Source of the DNA: Actinomycetota bacterium
Lineage (GTDB): Bacteria; Actinomycetota; Acidimicrobiia; Acidimicrobiales; Ilumatobacteraceae
Direction: 5' to 3'
Assembly (NCBI GenBank): GCA_016871395.1
Contig: VFYV01000009.1
Location: forward strand, 7,457-71,456
Length of the DNA stretch: 64,000 bases
The notes under the pieces were generated by a model. The model was not told the DNA's origin. It did no database searches and was given only the letters and a program-made list of their open reading frames with translations. Position numbers and translations under genes: made by a program. Positions 46,256-54,491 of this stretch are shown here, piece after piece. The first letter of the stretch is position 1. Every line of letters starts with the position of its first letter.

Positions 46256-47455
46256 ATGGCTATCACCTTCGGGGAATCCCATTGGTGGTTGACTGGAGAG
46301 GTGGGCAGACATGTCATCGTCGATGGTTCGAACCTCGCCACCGAGGGTCGTTCGAAACCGAGTCTGAAGCAGTTGAACGAAGCGGTGATCGCCTTCATGG
46401 CCGATCATCCCAAGGACGTCATCACGGTCATCGTGGACGCCACCTTTGGTCATCGCATCGACGCCAAGGAGACCAAGGCTTTCGACAAGGCGATCGAGCA
46501 CAACGAGTTGGTGACACCGCCGGCTGGTACCGTCGGCCGAGGTGACGGCTTCGTATTGAGCATCGCTCAGAAGGTCGGCGCATCCATTCTTTCGAACGAC
46601 AGTTACCAGGAGTTCCATGGGCAGTACCCGTGGCTGTTCGACGAGGGTCGCCTGATCGGCGGTAAGCCGGTCCCCAACGTGGGCTGGGTCTTCGTGAATC
46701 GCATCCCGGTGCGGGGGGAAAAGAGTCGCCGTTCCACGCGCGATGCCGACACGGGCCGCAAGAAGGACTCCGCGCCAAAGCCGAGGGTCAGCGCCGAGGC
46801 CATGAAGCCCATGCCGGTGCCCAAGGCTCCGCCCCCGGGTGCCACGTTGCCGGCGAAGAAAACCACCGCGCCATCGACGGGCAAAACCGTGAACGGGGTT
46901 CTCCCGTTCCTGCAATTCGTCGAGAAGCACGGTGTCGGCTCGGTCGTCAACGGGGTCGTCGACAGTTACTCGTCTCATGGCGCCTACGTCATCATCGGCG
47001 AGGTGAAGGGTTATGTTCCGCTCCGTTCGTACAGCAGCCCGCCTCCGCGTTCGGCGCGCGAGGTGATGAAACTGGGAGACACCATCTCTCTCGAGGTGAT
47101 GGAGATCATCCCCGCCCGACGCAGTATCGATTTGAAACCGAGCACGCGAAAGACCCCTCCGGCCAAGGCGATAGTGGTGAAAAAGGCGACAGTGGTGAAA
47201 AAAGCGACAGTGGTGAAAAAGGCGCCCGCCAAGTCGGCGGTGGTGGTGAAGAAGGCGCCGGCGAAAAAGACGGCAGTGGTGGTGAAGAAGGCGCCCGCCA
47301 AGTCGGCGGTCGTGGTGAAGAAGGCACCCGCGAAAAAGACGGCGGTGAAGAAGGTGGCTCCGCCCAGGACCCCGGCGACCAAGAAGATGGTGGCGAAGAA
47401 GAAAACGGCGAAGAGGCCCGCGCCGGCGAAAAAAGTGACCTCGCGTCGCAGGTGA
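46256..47455 (+). CDS. Zc3h12a-like NYN ribonuclease domain + S1 RNA-binding domain + Lys/Ala/Val-rich repeat tail
   Basis: The N-terminus VIVDGSNLA...DVITVIVDATFGHR...ELVTPPAGTVGRGDGFVLSIAQKVGASILSNDSYQEF...WLFDEGRLIGG is colinear with the eukaryotic Zc3h12a/MCPIP1 NYN domain (VVIDGSNVA...SNDTYRDL). The middle GSVVNGVVDSYSSHGAYVIIGEVKGYVPLRS...LGDTISLEVMEI is S1-like. The C-terminal ~100 aa consists of (A/T)VVKKA / PAKK repeats. I chose the ATG at 46256; the TTG at 46232 would overlap the divergent HAD start. Confidence 0.8.
   Translation: MAITFGESHWWLTGEVGRHVIVDGSNLATEGRSKPSLKQLNEAVIAFMADHPKDVITVIVDATFGHRIDAKETKAFDKAIEHNELVTPPAGTVGRGDGFVLSIAQKVGASILSNDSYQEFHGQYPWLFDEGRLIGGKPVPNVGWVFVNRIPVRGEKSRRSTRDADTGRKKDSAPKPRVSAEAMKPMPVPKAPPPGATLPAKKTTAPSTGKTVNGVLPFLQFVEKHGVGSVVNGVVDSYSSHGAYVIIGEVKGYVPLRSYSSPPPRSAREVMKLGDTISLEVMEIIPARRSIDLKPSTRKTPPAKAIVVKKATVVKKATVVKKAPAKSAVVVKKAPAKKTAVVVKKAPAKSAVVVKKAPAKKTAVKKVAPPRTPATKKMVAKKKTAKRPAPAKKVTSRRR
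47168..47353 (+). repeat. In-frame coding tandem repeats (3 x 18 nt, then 69 nt + 63 nt)
   Basis: The 18-nt units are gcgaTagtggtgaaaaag (47168-47185), gcgacagtggtgaaaaaa (47186-47203) and gcgacagtggtgaaaaag (47204-47221). A 69-nt unit at 47222-47290 is repeated at 47291-47353 with a 6-nt deletion and a few substitutions. Together they encode ATVVKK x3 and APAKSAVVVKKAPAKKTAVVVKK x2. Confidence 0.88.
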
Positions 47456-48261
47456 CGCGGCCACCCCTGATCGCCTACGGTTCGGTCGTGCGTCTGGCCA
47501 CCTGGAACGTCAATTCTTTGCGGGCCCGCATGCCCCGGGTGGAAGAGTGGTTGGCCGATGTTCACCCCGATGTCCTGTGCCTGCAGGAGACCAAACTCGC
47601 CGAGGATGCGTTTCCCGACGATTTCTTCGCCGCTCTCGGTTACGAGTCCATCCACCATGGTCAGGGTCAGTGGAATGGCGTGGCCATCGTCAGTCGGGTG
47701 GGTCTCGAGAAGCCGGTGCGAGGGTTCGCCGATGGGCACGACGCCGACCCCGAGGCTCGGTTGGTGACCGCCACGTGTTCGGGCATTCGCGTGAGTTCGG
47801 TGTACGTGCCCAATGGCCGGGAACTCGATCACGACCATTACCGATACAAGTTGGCGTGGATGAAGAGATTGGTGGCCCATCTGGAGGCCAATGAATCGTC
47901 GACCTCCGACGTGATCGTCACCGGAGACTTCAACATCGCGCCCGACGATCGAGACGTTCACGATCCATCGAGGTTCGTCGGAGCCACCCATGTCAGTGAG
48001 CCCGAGCGTCAGGCACTGCGTGATCTCGAACACTGGGGGATGAGCGACGTCTTTCGGCTTCACCATGCCGACGAAAAATTGTTCTCGTGGTGGGACTACC
48101 GAGCCGGAGCGTTCAATCAAGGACACGGAATGCGCATCGATCTGGTGATGGCCACCCGGTCGGTGGCGAAGAAATGTCGATGGATCGCGGTCGATCGTCA
48201 AGCTCGCAAAGGCGAAAAGCCCAGCGATCATGCGCCAGTGGTGGTGGACATAGATGTCTGA
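47452..48261 (+). CDS. xthA: Exodeoxyribonuclease III (AP endonuclease, Xth family)
   Basis: Motifs are LATWNVNSLRARMPRVEEWL...DVLCLQETKL, VTGDFNIAPDDRD and SDHAPVVVDI. The start is GTG 47452 (GTGA overlap with the upstream stop) or GTG 47488 (VRLATWNVNS). Confidence 0.9.
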   Translation: MTRPPLIAYGSVVRLATWNVNSLRARMPRVEEWLADVHPDVLCLQETKLAEDAFPDDFFAALGYESIHHGQGQWNGVAIVSRVGLEKPVRGFADGHDADPEARLVTATCSGIRVSSVYVPNGRELDHDHYRYKLAWMKRLVAHLEANESSTSDVIVTGDFNIAPDDRDVHDPSRFVGATHVSEPERQALRDLEHWGMSDVFRLHHADEKLFSWWDYRAGAFNQGHGMRIDLVMATRSVAKKCRWIAVDRQARKGEKPSDHAPVVVDIDV

Positions 48262-48985
48262 GACCGGTTCTTCGTCCTGGGCCGACCCCGACAAATCGGG
48301 CTCGGGAAATCCGTTGGATCTCCCCAGGCATCGAACCGTGATGTTCGAGGCATCGAATCCTCGACTGCGGTTGGCGAACGCCACTCGCGCACTGTTGCAA
48401 CATTCGGCCACGTCGGTCGCGGACCCGGAGTCCTTCGCGCGCGTCGCCGAGTTGCTCGAGCAAGCGGCGACGCTCTTGGGCGCGGGCCCGCACGGCCGGA
48501 GTTATCACGCCAGTGCGGAGGGTGCCGTCGGAGGGGCGACTCATGGCTTCATCAGCCACAGTCCGGTCACGGGCCCGTTGAACGGCATGGCCGGCCTGGT
48601 CGACATCTCGACGACCGAACACGAGGTGGTCGCCACCATGACCTACGGAAACGCCTACGAGGGTCCACCGGGATGCCTGCACGGTGGATTGATTGCGGCG
48701 ATCTTCGACGAGGTGTTGGGTTTCGCCCAAGCCTTGTCGGGATCGCCGGGCATGACCGGGCGACTCGAGGTGACCTATCGGTCACCCACCCCGCTGCATC
48801 AGCCGTTGCGGGTGGTCGGTCGGTTCGACGGGGTGAATGGTCGCAAGATCATGACGTCGGGAACGATTCACGCTGGTGATCGTCTGTGTGCCGAGGCCAT
48901 CGGTACCTTCATCACCGTGAAAGCGGCGACGTTCGCCGATCTCAATCGTCAGCGTGATCGGGCCGACGAGACACACCCCGACTGA
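48254..48985 (+). CDS. PaaI-family (hotdog-fold) thioesterase
   Basis: CLHGGLIAAIFDEVLGFA is the typical PaaI/4HBT class II motif. There is an 8-nt overlap with xthA. Confidence 0.8.
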   Translation: MSETGSSSWADPDKSGSGNPLDLPRHRTVMFEASNPRLRLANATRALLQHSATSVADPESFARVAELLEQAATLLGAGPHGRSYHASAEGAVGGATHGFISHSPVTGPLNGMAGLVDISTTEHEVVATMTYGNAYEGPPGCLHGGLIAAIFDEVLGFAQALSGSPGMTGRLEVTYRSPTPLHQPLRVVGRFDGVNGRKIMTSGTIHAGDRLCAEAIGTFITVKAATFADLNRQRDRADETHPD

Positions 48986-50915
48986 CCGCTTCCAGAATTC
49001 GCGTTCCGGCTCGCCGGGCCAGAAGTGGTCCCACTCCGTCGATGCCGGCCAATTCGTCGACCGACGTCGGTCGACGCTCGGCGATGCGCGCCAGTGTGGC
49101 GTCCGAACACAGAAGGCTCACTTCCACTTGGGCGACTCGCCCGGCAGATCGGCGCCACTCCCGAAGTTCGTGAAGCACCGCGTCACCCTCGGACACCGAT
49201 GATCGGCGTCGACGATTGTCACGACGAAAGTCCTCGGGCGGGGCGACACCGGGTTCGATGGTGTCGGCACCTTCGATCAGGGGACTGGGCGTTCGCGCTC
49301 GCTCGCGGCGACGACGCGAGTAGGTGAGGATCAACTCGTCGGCGGCACGGGTGATCGCGACATAGGCGAGTCGCACCTCTTCGGCTCGTTCGAGTTCGCT
49401 CTTGGCTGAAGAGTGGGGCATGAAGCCGACCTCACACCCGGCTACCACCACATGGTCCCACTCACGGCCCTTGGCCCCGTGAAACGTCAGCAGTTCGACG
49501 GTATCGACATTGGGTATCACGTCGAAGGGTCGGTTCGCCCGCACCCACGAAAGGAATGCGCGTCCGTCGCCACCACCACCACGAAGGAACTCGTCGATCG
49601 CATCAGCCACCGTGCGGCGCGCACTGATGTCGTCGTTGTCGTCATCGGAGGGGTCACGGGCGTCGCGGGACCAGGCGGCGATTCGAGTGGCGCTGGGAAG
49701 ATCGCCGACCTCGCGAGTCGCCCGTTGAATCGGATCGGCCGTCGTGGCACTCTGGATTCTTGCCGGCACACCCTGCGACACGAGGGCGGCGTGTATGGCC
49801 GGAAGTTGGGCGTTGGTTCGTGTGAGCACCGCGATGGAACGCCATGCTCCCTGCTCGCGACCGATGCCGAGCAGGATGTCGGCGATTCCTGACGCCTCCG
49901 ACGTTTCGTCGGCGAAGCTTTGGATACGAACCGCCGACCCGCTCGGGCGAGCCGAGGACAACGAGGGCTTTTCCTCGCCACCGTGAACGAGGGCTCTGAG
50001 ACCGGCGGTCACCACCTCGGGGGTGCTCCGGTAGTTGGTGTCGAGTCGCACGACCTCGATACCCGGGAAACGAGATTCCAAGTTCGTGAGAATGGTGGGG
50101 TCGCTGCCGTTGAACCCGTAAATGGATTGCGATGGGTCTCCGACCATCGTGAGTTGGTCGCGGTCACCCCGCCACAGTTGGAGGACCTCCAATTGAAGTG
50201 GGTTGAGGTCCTGGGCCTCGTCGACGAACAGATGCCGGATGCGCCAACGGGCAATGGCGGCGAATTGTTCGTCGTTCCTCATGAGATGGATGGTCCGTGA
50301 CAACAGGTCATCGAGATCGATCACACCGCGCTGAGCCTTCAGTTTCTCCACTGCCGCCATCACCCGGGTGACATCAGTCGTGGGTGCTGCACTGCGTCTA
50401 CCGGTGGCTGCGACACTCGACGCGTATCGAGAAGCATCCACGTTGCGGGCCCGCGCCCAGTCGATGTCGGCACTGAGGGCGGCGATACTCGTTCCATGTT
50501 TGGGACCGATGACCTCGCCGATGAGTCGGCGCCGATCGGACACGACCGTGGGGTGGTTACGACCTTGTTGGTCCCAGTAGTGGCGCAACATGGAGAGGGC
50601 GACCGAGTGGAAGGTTCCCGCGATGATTCCGTCACCGGTACCCAGGACGCGAAGTCGACGATGTAGTTCGGACGCGGCCTGTCTGGTGAAGGTGAGCACG
50701 GCGACGTGGGACGGCTCGGCGAGGCCCGTCAGGCATTGATAGGCCACCCGTCGGGTGAGGACGCGCGTCTTACCGGAACCCGCTCCGGCGATGATCGCCA
50801 ACAACGGAGCGGCAGAGGTGACGGCCCGTCGTTGAGTTCCGTCGAGATCGGCCAGCAGCTCCGCGGTCGTCGTGTCGCGGTCGTCGACCGGTGAAGTGTC
50901 GGGACTATCGGGCAC
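48942..50915 (-). CDS. UvrD/PcrA-family ATP-dependent DNA helicase with C-terminal HRDC-like domain (UvrD2-like)
   Basis: Walker A is IIAGAGSGKTRVLTRR and the DEAQ box is LFVDEAQDLNPLQ. Further helicase motifs are VGDPSQSIYGFNG and LTFHGAKGREWDHV...YVAITRA. The C-terminal LHELREWRRS...ATLARIAERRPTSVDELAGIDGVG is HRDC-like. Confidence 0.85.
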   Translation of the reverse strand: MPDSPDTSPVDDRDTTTAELLADLDGTQRRAVTSAAPLLAIIAGAGSGKTRVLTRRVAYQCLTGLAEPSHVAVLTFTRQAASELHRRLRVLGTGDGIIAGTFHSVALSMLRHYWDQQGRNHPTVVSDRRRLIGEVIGPKHGTSIAALSADIDWARARNVDASRYASSVAATGRRSAAPTTDVTRVMAAVEKLKAQRGVIDLDDLLSRTIHLMRNDEQFAAIARWRIRHLFVDEAQDLNPLQLEVLQLWRGDRDQLTMVGDPSQSIYGFNGSDPTILTNLESRFPGIEVVRLDTNYRSTPEVVTAGLRALVHGGEEKPSLSSARPSGSAVRIQSFADETSEASGIADILLGIGREQGAWRSIAVLTRTNAQLPAIHAALVSQGVPARIQSATTADPIQRATREVGDLPSATRIAAWSRDARDPSDDDNDDISARRTVADAIDEFLRGGGGDGRAFLSWVRANRPFDVIPNVDTVELLTFHGAKGREWDHVVVAGCEVGFMPHSSAKSELERAEEVRLAYVAITRAADELILTYSRRRRERARTPSPLIEGADTIEPGVAPPEDFRRDNRRRRSSVSEGDAVLHELREWRRSAGRVAQVEVSLLCSDATLARIAERRPTSVDELAGIDGVGPLLARRAGTRILEAVSRGVSRRPDHADD

Positions 50916-50956
50916 CTCGCCATCGTAGGCGTTGGGTGTCGGACTACTCTCGGGCG

Positions 50957-51610
50957 ATGGACCTCGGGGAATACCCTCATCGAAAGCCGTCGATTCTGAA
51001 TCCTCCCTTCCCGGAGAAACTACTTTTCGGTGGCGAGGTCGTCAGCGTCGACCTAAAGCCCCACTGGTGGCAGTTCGCTCAGCCGGGAGCGGCCTCCATC
51101 GTGACGGTGATCCTCTGGTTGCTGTCGATGGCACGGGTCGACGGCGGTCTCGGGACCCTTCTGCGGTGGGTGACGGGGGTGGCGGCTTTGTATTCGATCC
51201 TGTGGCTCGCAGTTCGGTGGCTGGGGTGGCGAAGCACTCACTTCGTGGTCACGTCGCACCGCTTGATCTATCGCGGCGGTGTTTTCGCCAAGAAGGGGAT
51301 CGCCATCCCACTGGAACGTGTCAACAACGTCAACTTCCAGCAAACCATCTTCGAAAAATTGATTCGCGCCGGTGACTTGTTGATCGAATCCGGTGGCGAG
51401 GACGGACAGCAACGATTTTCCGACGTCCGTCGACCGGACGAGGTTCAGCGACTTATTCACGCGCAGATCGAGGAGAGCGGTCGACCGAGTACGCGGGCCG
51501 GTGTGGTCAACGACGTGGCGACTCAGTTGGAGAAGTTGGAGGGTCTGCGCGATCGGGGCTCGATCAGCCAAGATGATTTCGAGCGGGAGAAGCGCCGCTT
51601 GTTGGGCTGA
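50957..51610 (+). CDS. Membrane bacterial-PH (bPH_2/YdbS-like) domain protein with C-terminal SHOCT domain
   Basis: The ATG at 50957 gives MDLGEYPHRKPSILN. Two TM segments are followed by HFVVTSHRLIYRGGVFAKKGIAIPLERVNNVNFQQTIFEKLIRAGDLLIES (bPH_2 pattern). The C-terminal LEKLEGLRDRGSISQDDFEREKRRLLG is SHOCT-like. Confidence 0.75.
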   Translation: MDLGEYPHRKPSILNPPFPEKLLFGGEVVSVDLKPHWWQFAQPGAASIVTVILWLLSMARVDGGLGTLLRWVTGVAALYSILWLAVRWLGWRSTHFVVTSHRLIYRGGVFAKKGIAIPLERVNNVNFQQTIFEKLIRAGDLLIESGGEDGQQRFSDVRRPDEVQRLIHAQIEESGRPSTRAGVVNDVATQLEKLEGLRDRGSISQDDFEREKRRLLG

Positions 51611-51613
51611 GCA

Positions 51614-52570
51614 TCACAGTCGCCGACGAATCGCCACGACGCATCCTCCGAATCCCCCTCCGGTCATCCGAGCTCCGAGAACTCCGGGCTCGTCCATGAG
51701 TTCCTCCACGGCCGCGTCCATTCGTGGGTTCGAGGTCTCGAAATCACGAGCCAAGGATCTGTGCGAGTCGACCATGAGTCGACCGAACCCGTCGAGGTCA
51801 CCCTCGCTCAGTGCTTCCAATGACGCCAAAACCCGAAGATTCTCGGTGATCACGTGTCGCGCCCGACGACGCAGACGCTCGTCGACGATCGACTCGAGGG
51901 CCGCCGGATCGGCCTCTCGGAGAGGTCCGATGAGCGCTTCGATCGCGCGACAGTCGGCGACGCGGTCGGCGTACTCGCTTCCCACGAGGGTTCGGCGGGC
52001 GACGAAGCGCACGACGACCTCCAGCGTCTCGGGGATAGGGACGTGTCGAAACGAAAGGTCGCGACAATCGATGAAGGTGGCATGGTCGTGTCGTCCGACG
52101 GCGATGCACAACTGGTCCATGATCCCGCAGGGAACACCCGAGGCGACGTGCTCGGCGCGTCGGGCCGCCTCGGCCATGGCGACGTCGTCCCACTCGCGCC
52201 CGGTGATTTCTCTGATGAAGCGACCCGTGGCGATCTCCAGGGCCGCGCTCGACGACAGGCCAGATGCGATGGGTAGATCGGTGGTGACCCGCGCCCGAAA
52301 AGCCGGAACCTCTCCGGCCTCGCGCACCATCGCGGCGACGTAACGTCCCCAGGCCGGGTTCAATCGCCCCGGACTCGCCACAGTGGCGGGAAAGACGCAG
52401 ATGTCGGGATCATCGGCCGACTCGATGCGGATCATGTCGCCCGGGATGATCTCTCCCTCCACGACGGTGCGTCGCTCCAGGATCATGGGCAGCACGAAGC
52501 CGTTCGTGTAATCGGTGTGGTCACCGATCAGGTTGACGCGTCCGGGTGCTGCGACCCGTACGACCGTCAT
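51614..52570 (-). CDS. galK: Galactokinase-family GHMP kinase (short form, 318 aa)
   Basis: The ATG at 52570 gives MTVVRVAAPGRVNLIGDHTDYTNGFVLP, the galactokinase signature. The GHMP motif is PIASGLSSSAALE. RTLVGSEYADR, RARHVITEN and MTGGGFGGCVVA blocks are colinear with E. coli GalK. There is an ATGA overlap with the upstream LLM gene. Confidence 0.8.
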   Translation of the reverse strand: MTVVRVAAPGRVNLIGDHTDYTNGFVLPMILERRTVVEGEIIPGDMIRIESADDPDICVFPATVASPGRLNPAWGRYVAAMVREAGEVPAFRARVTTDLPIASGLSSSAALEIATGRFIREITGREWDDVAMAEAARRAEHVASGVPCGIMDQLCIAVGRHDHATFIDCRDLSFRHVPIPETLEVVVRFVARRTLVGSEYADRVADCRAIEALIGPLREADPAALESIVDERLRRRARHVITENLRVLASLEALSEGDLDGFGRLMVDSHRSLARDFETSNPRMDAAVEELMDEPGVLGARMTGGGFGGCVVAIRRRL

Positions 52571-53487
52571 GCCAGGTCGAGAGCTCCGCTGAACCGTTCG
52601 AGGGCGTCGCGGTCGAACGGCGCGCGCAGAGCGAGGTTGATCTGTTCGGCCCCGGCGGCGACGTATTGCCCGATGCGGTCGATGACTTCGGCATCGGAAC
52701 CGGTGAGCACACCCGGGCGCACCCCGTCGGCCAACATTCCGAATTGGGCTCGCAGACTTTCCTCGGTCCAAGCGATACCCACGTTGACGGTGCGCTTCAC
52801 CGCTTCGGGGTCCCGGCCGGCCCGGACACAATGTTCGGTGAGAACGGCACTCTTGTGCGAAAAAGCCTCCGGCGAGACGAAGGGAACGTTCCAACCGTCG
52901 GCGTAGCGCGCCGCGATGTTGAGCGTGCGCTTCTCGCCGCCGCCCCCGACCCAGATCGGCAGTCGCTTCTGCAGGGGGCGCGGTTCGTTGCGAGCGCCGC
53001 GGAGGGAAAACCACTCACCATCGAAGTCGGTGACGTCATCGTGCAGTAGTCCGCGCACGCATTGAATGGACTCTTCCAATTGGTCCATTCGGGTTTTCAC
53101 CCCCGGAAAGGGGATTCCGTAGGCGTCGTACTCGACGACCGCCCAACCGGCACCGAGGCCGAGGTCGGCGCGACCCCCGCTGATGTGGTCGATGGCGGTG
53201 ATCATCTTGGCCAGCACCGCGGGATGGCGATATCCGACGGAGTAGACGAGCGAGCCGACACGAATCTTTTTGGTGGCGGCGGCCAGTGCGCTGTGCATGG
53301 CGACGGCTTCGTAGCACGCCGCATCGTCGGGTTTGCCGGTGGCTCCGTAAAAGTGATCCCAGATCGAGATCCAGTCGAAACCCAATTCTTCGATACGCCA
53401 CCAGAGTGACTGCAAGACGTCGTAGGACGTGTGCTGGAGTCCGGTGTGGACGCCGAATCGGACGTTGGGGAACATTCCAGAGGTCAT
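52567..53487 (-). CDS. LLM-class F420-dependent oxidoreductase
   Basis: The ATG at 53487 (MTSGMFPNVRFGVHTG) or at 53475 is the start. WISIWDHFY...VGYRHPAVLAKMITAIDHISGGRADLGLGAGW is typical of the luciferase-like family. The upstream 110 codons of the track ORF are unsupported. Confidence 0.85.
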   Translation of the reverse strand: MTSGMFPNVRFGVHTGLQHTSYDVLQSLWWRIEELGFDWISIWDHFYGATGKPDDAACYEAVAMHSALAAATKKIRVGSLVYSVGYRHPAVLAKMITAIDHISGGRADLGLGAGWAVVEYDAYGIPFPGVKTRMDQLEESIQCVRGLLHDDVTDFDGEWFSLRGARNEPRPLQKRLPIWVGGGGEKRTLNIAARYADGWNVPFVSPEAFSHKSAVLTEHCVRAGRDPEAVKRTVNVGIAWTEESLRAQFGMLADGVRPGVLTGSDAEVIDRIGQYVAAGAEQINLALRAPFDRDALERFSGALDLA

Positions 53488-53527
53488 GTCGCAAAGGTAG
53501 CCCGCGATGACGGGATAGTGTCGCCCC

Positions 53528-54439
53528 ATGCCGCGAGCGAACGTGCCCTCCAACGTCGGAAACATCGAGATCGAGTACGAGACGTTCGGGTCGCCATCGG
53601 ATCCGACCCTGTTGCTGGTGATGGGGTTCACGGCCCAGATGATCGCTTGGTCCGATGATTTTTGCCGCGCTTTGGCCGGGCTCGGGTTGTACGTGGTGCG
53701 ATTCGACAACCGTGATTGCGGTTTGTCCTCCAAACTCGACGGAATGGTGGTTGACGCGGGTTCGGTGATGGCCGCGGTCTTAGCCGACGAGCCATCTCCT
53801 CCGGTTCCGTACACGCTGTCCGACATGGCGAGCGACGCGATCGGCCTGCTCGATCAGCTGGCGGTCGACTCGGCCCACGTCGTCGGGGCATCGATGGGTG
53901 GCATGATCGTGCAGCACATGGCCATCGAGCACCCGACCCGTGTTCGCTCGCTGACCTCGATCATGTCGACGACGGGCGAGCCCGAGTACGGCTCACCCAC
54001 GCCCGAGGCGGCCCAGGTGTTGCTGTCCCCGCCCGAAACCGAGCGACAGGCCTTCATCGACGCCAGCACGAGGTACCGCGTGTGGCAATCGAAGCGTTAT
54101 TTCGACGAGGTCAAGGTGAAGTCCGAGGCGGCCCGGTCCTATGACCGCAGCTTTTATCCCGAGGGATCGACGAGACAGTTGGCCGCCATCTACGCCAGTG
54201 GACGCCGTCACGAGGCACTGATGAAACTGACCGTGCCGACCCTCGTCATTCACGGCACGGACGACACGCTCATACCGCCCAGTGGTGGGCGGCGGACCCA
54301 CGAGTCGGTGCCCAACTCGACGCTCTTGATGATCGCCGACATGGGGCACGACTTGCCGGACCCGATCCAGCCGATGGTGGTGTCGGCGATCCACTCCCAC
54401 GTCCGACTGGCCGAGTGGCGTCGAGCGACGGGCCGCTGA
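53528..54439 (+). CDS. Alpha/beta hydrolase
   Basis: Motifs are PTLLLVMGFTAQMIAW and the nucleophile elbow VVGASMGGMIV. A C-terminal HGTDD...GH pattern is present. Confidence 0.85.
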   Translation: MPRANVPSNVGNIEIEYETFGSPSDPTLLLVMGFTAQMIAWSDDFCRALAGLGLYVVRFDNRDCGLSSKLDGMVVDAGSVMAAVLADEPSPPVPYTLSDMASDAIGLLDQLAVDSAHVVGASMGGMIVQHMAIEHPTRVRSLTSIMSTTGEPEYGSPTPEAAQVLLSPPETERQAFIDASTRYRVWQSKRYFDEVKVKSEAARSYDRSFYPEGSTRQLAAIYASGRRHEALMKLTVPTLVIHGTDDTLIPPSGGRRTHESVPNSTLLMIADMGHDLPDPIQPMVVSAIHSHVRLAEWRRATGR

Positions 54440-54491
54440 ATACGATCATGGGCGAATCGTCGCCGTCGATCGACCATCGAGGGGAATCAAG

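Noticed and set aside
44566-46398. A 610-aa minus-strand ORF covering the kgd 3' end and the HAD gene.
   Set aside because: It is out of frame with the supported HAD gene and antisense to kgd. It has low-complexity Arg/Gly composition and no motifs.
47168-47353. Tandem direct repeats that might suggest a CRISPR array or a non-coding satellite.
   Set aside because: The units are contiguous with no spacers, their lengths are multiples of 3, and they lie in frame inside a coding sequence with a strong coding signal. No cas genes are nearby.
46241-47464. A 407-aa minus-strand ORF that exactly mirrors the 407-aa plus-strand track ORF of the NYN-S1 gene.
   Set aside because: The equal length is striking. 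However, the antisense product is an Arg/His/Leu/Gly repeat (RRLFRGCLLHHDRRLGG...) generated by reading the Lys/Ala/Val repeats backwards. The sense strand has clear NYN and S1 homology, so the antisense ORF is most likely a GC and repeat artefact.
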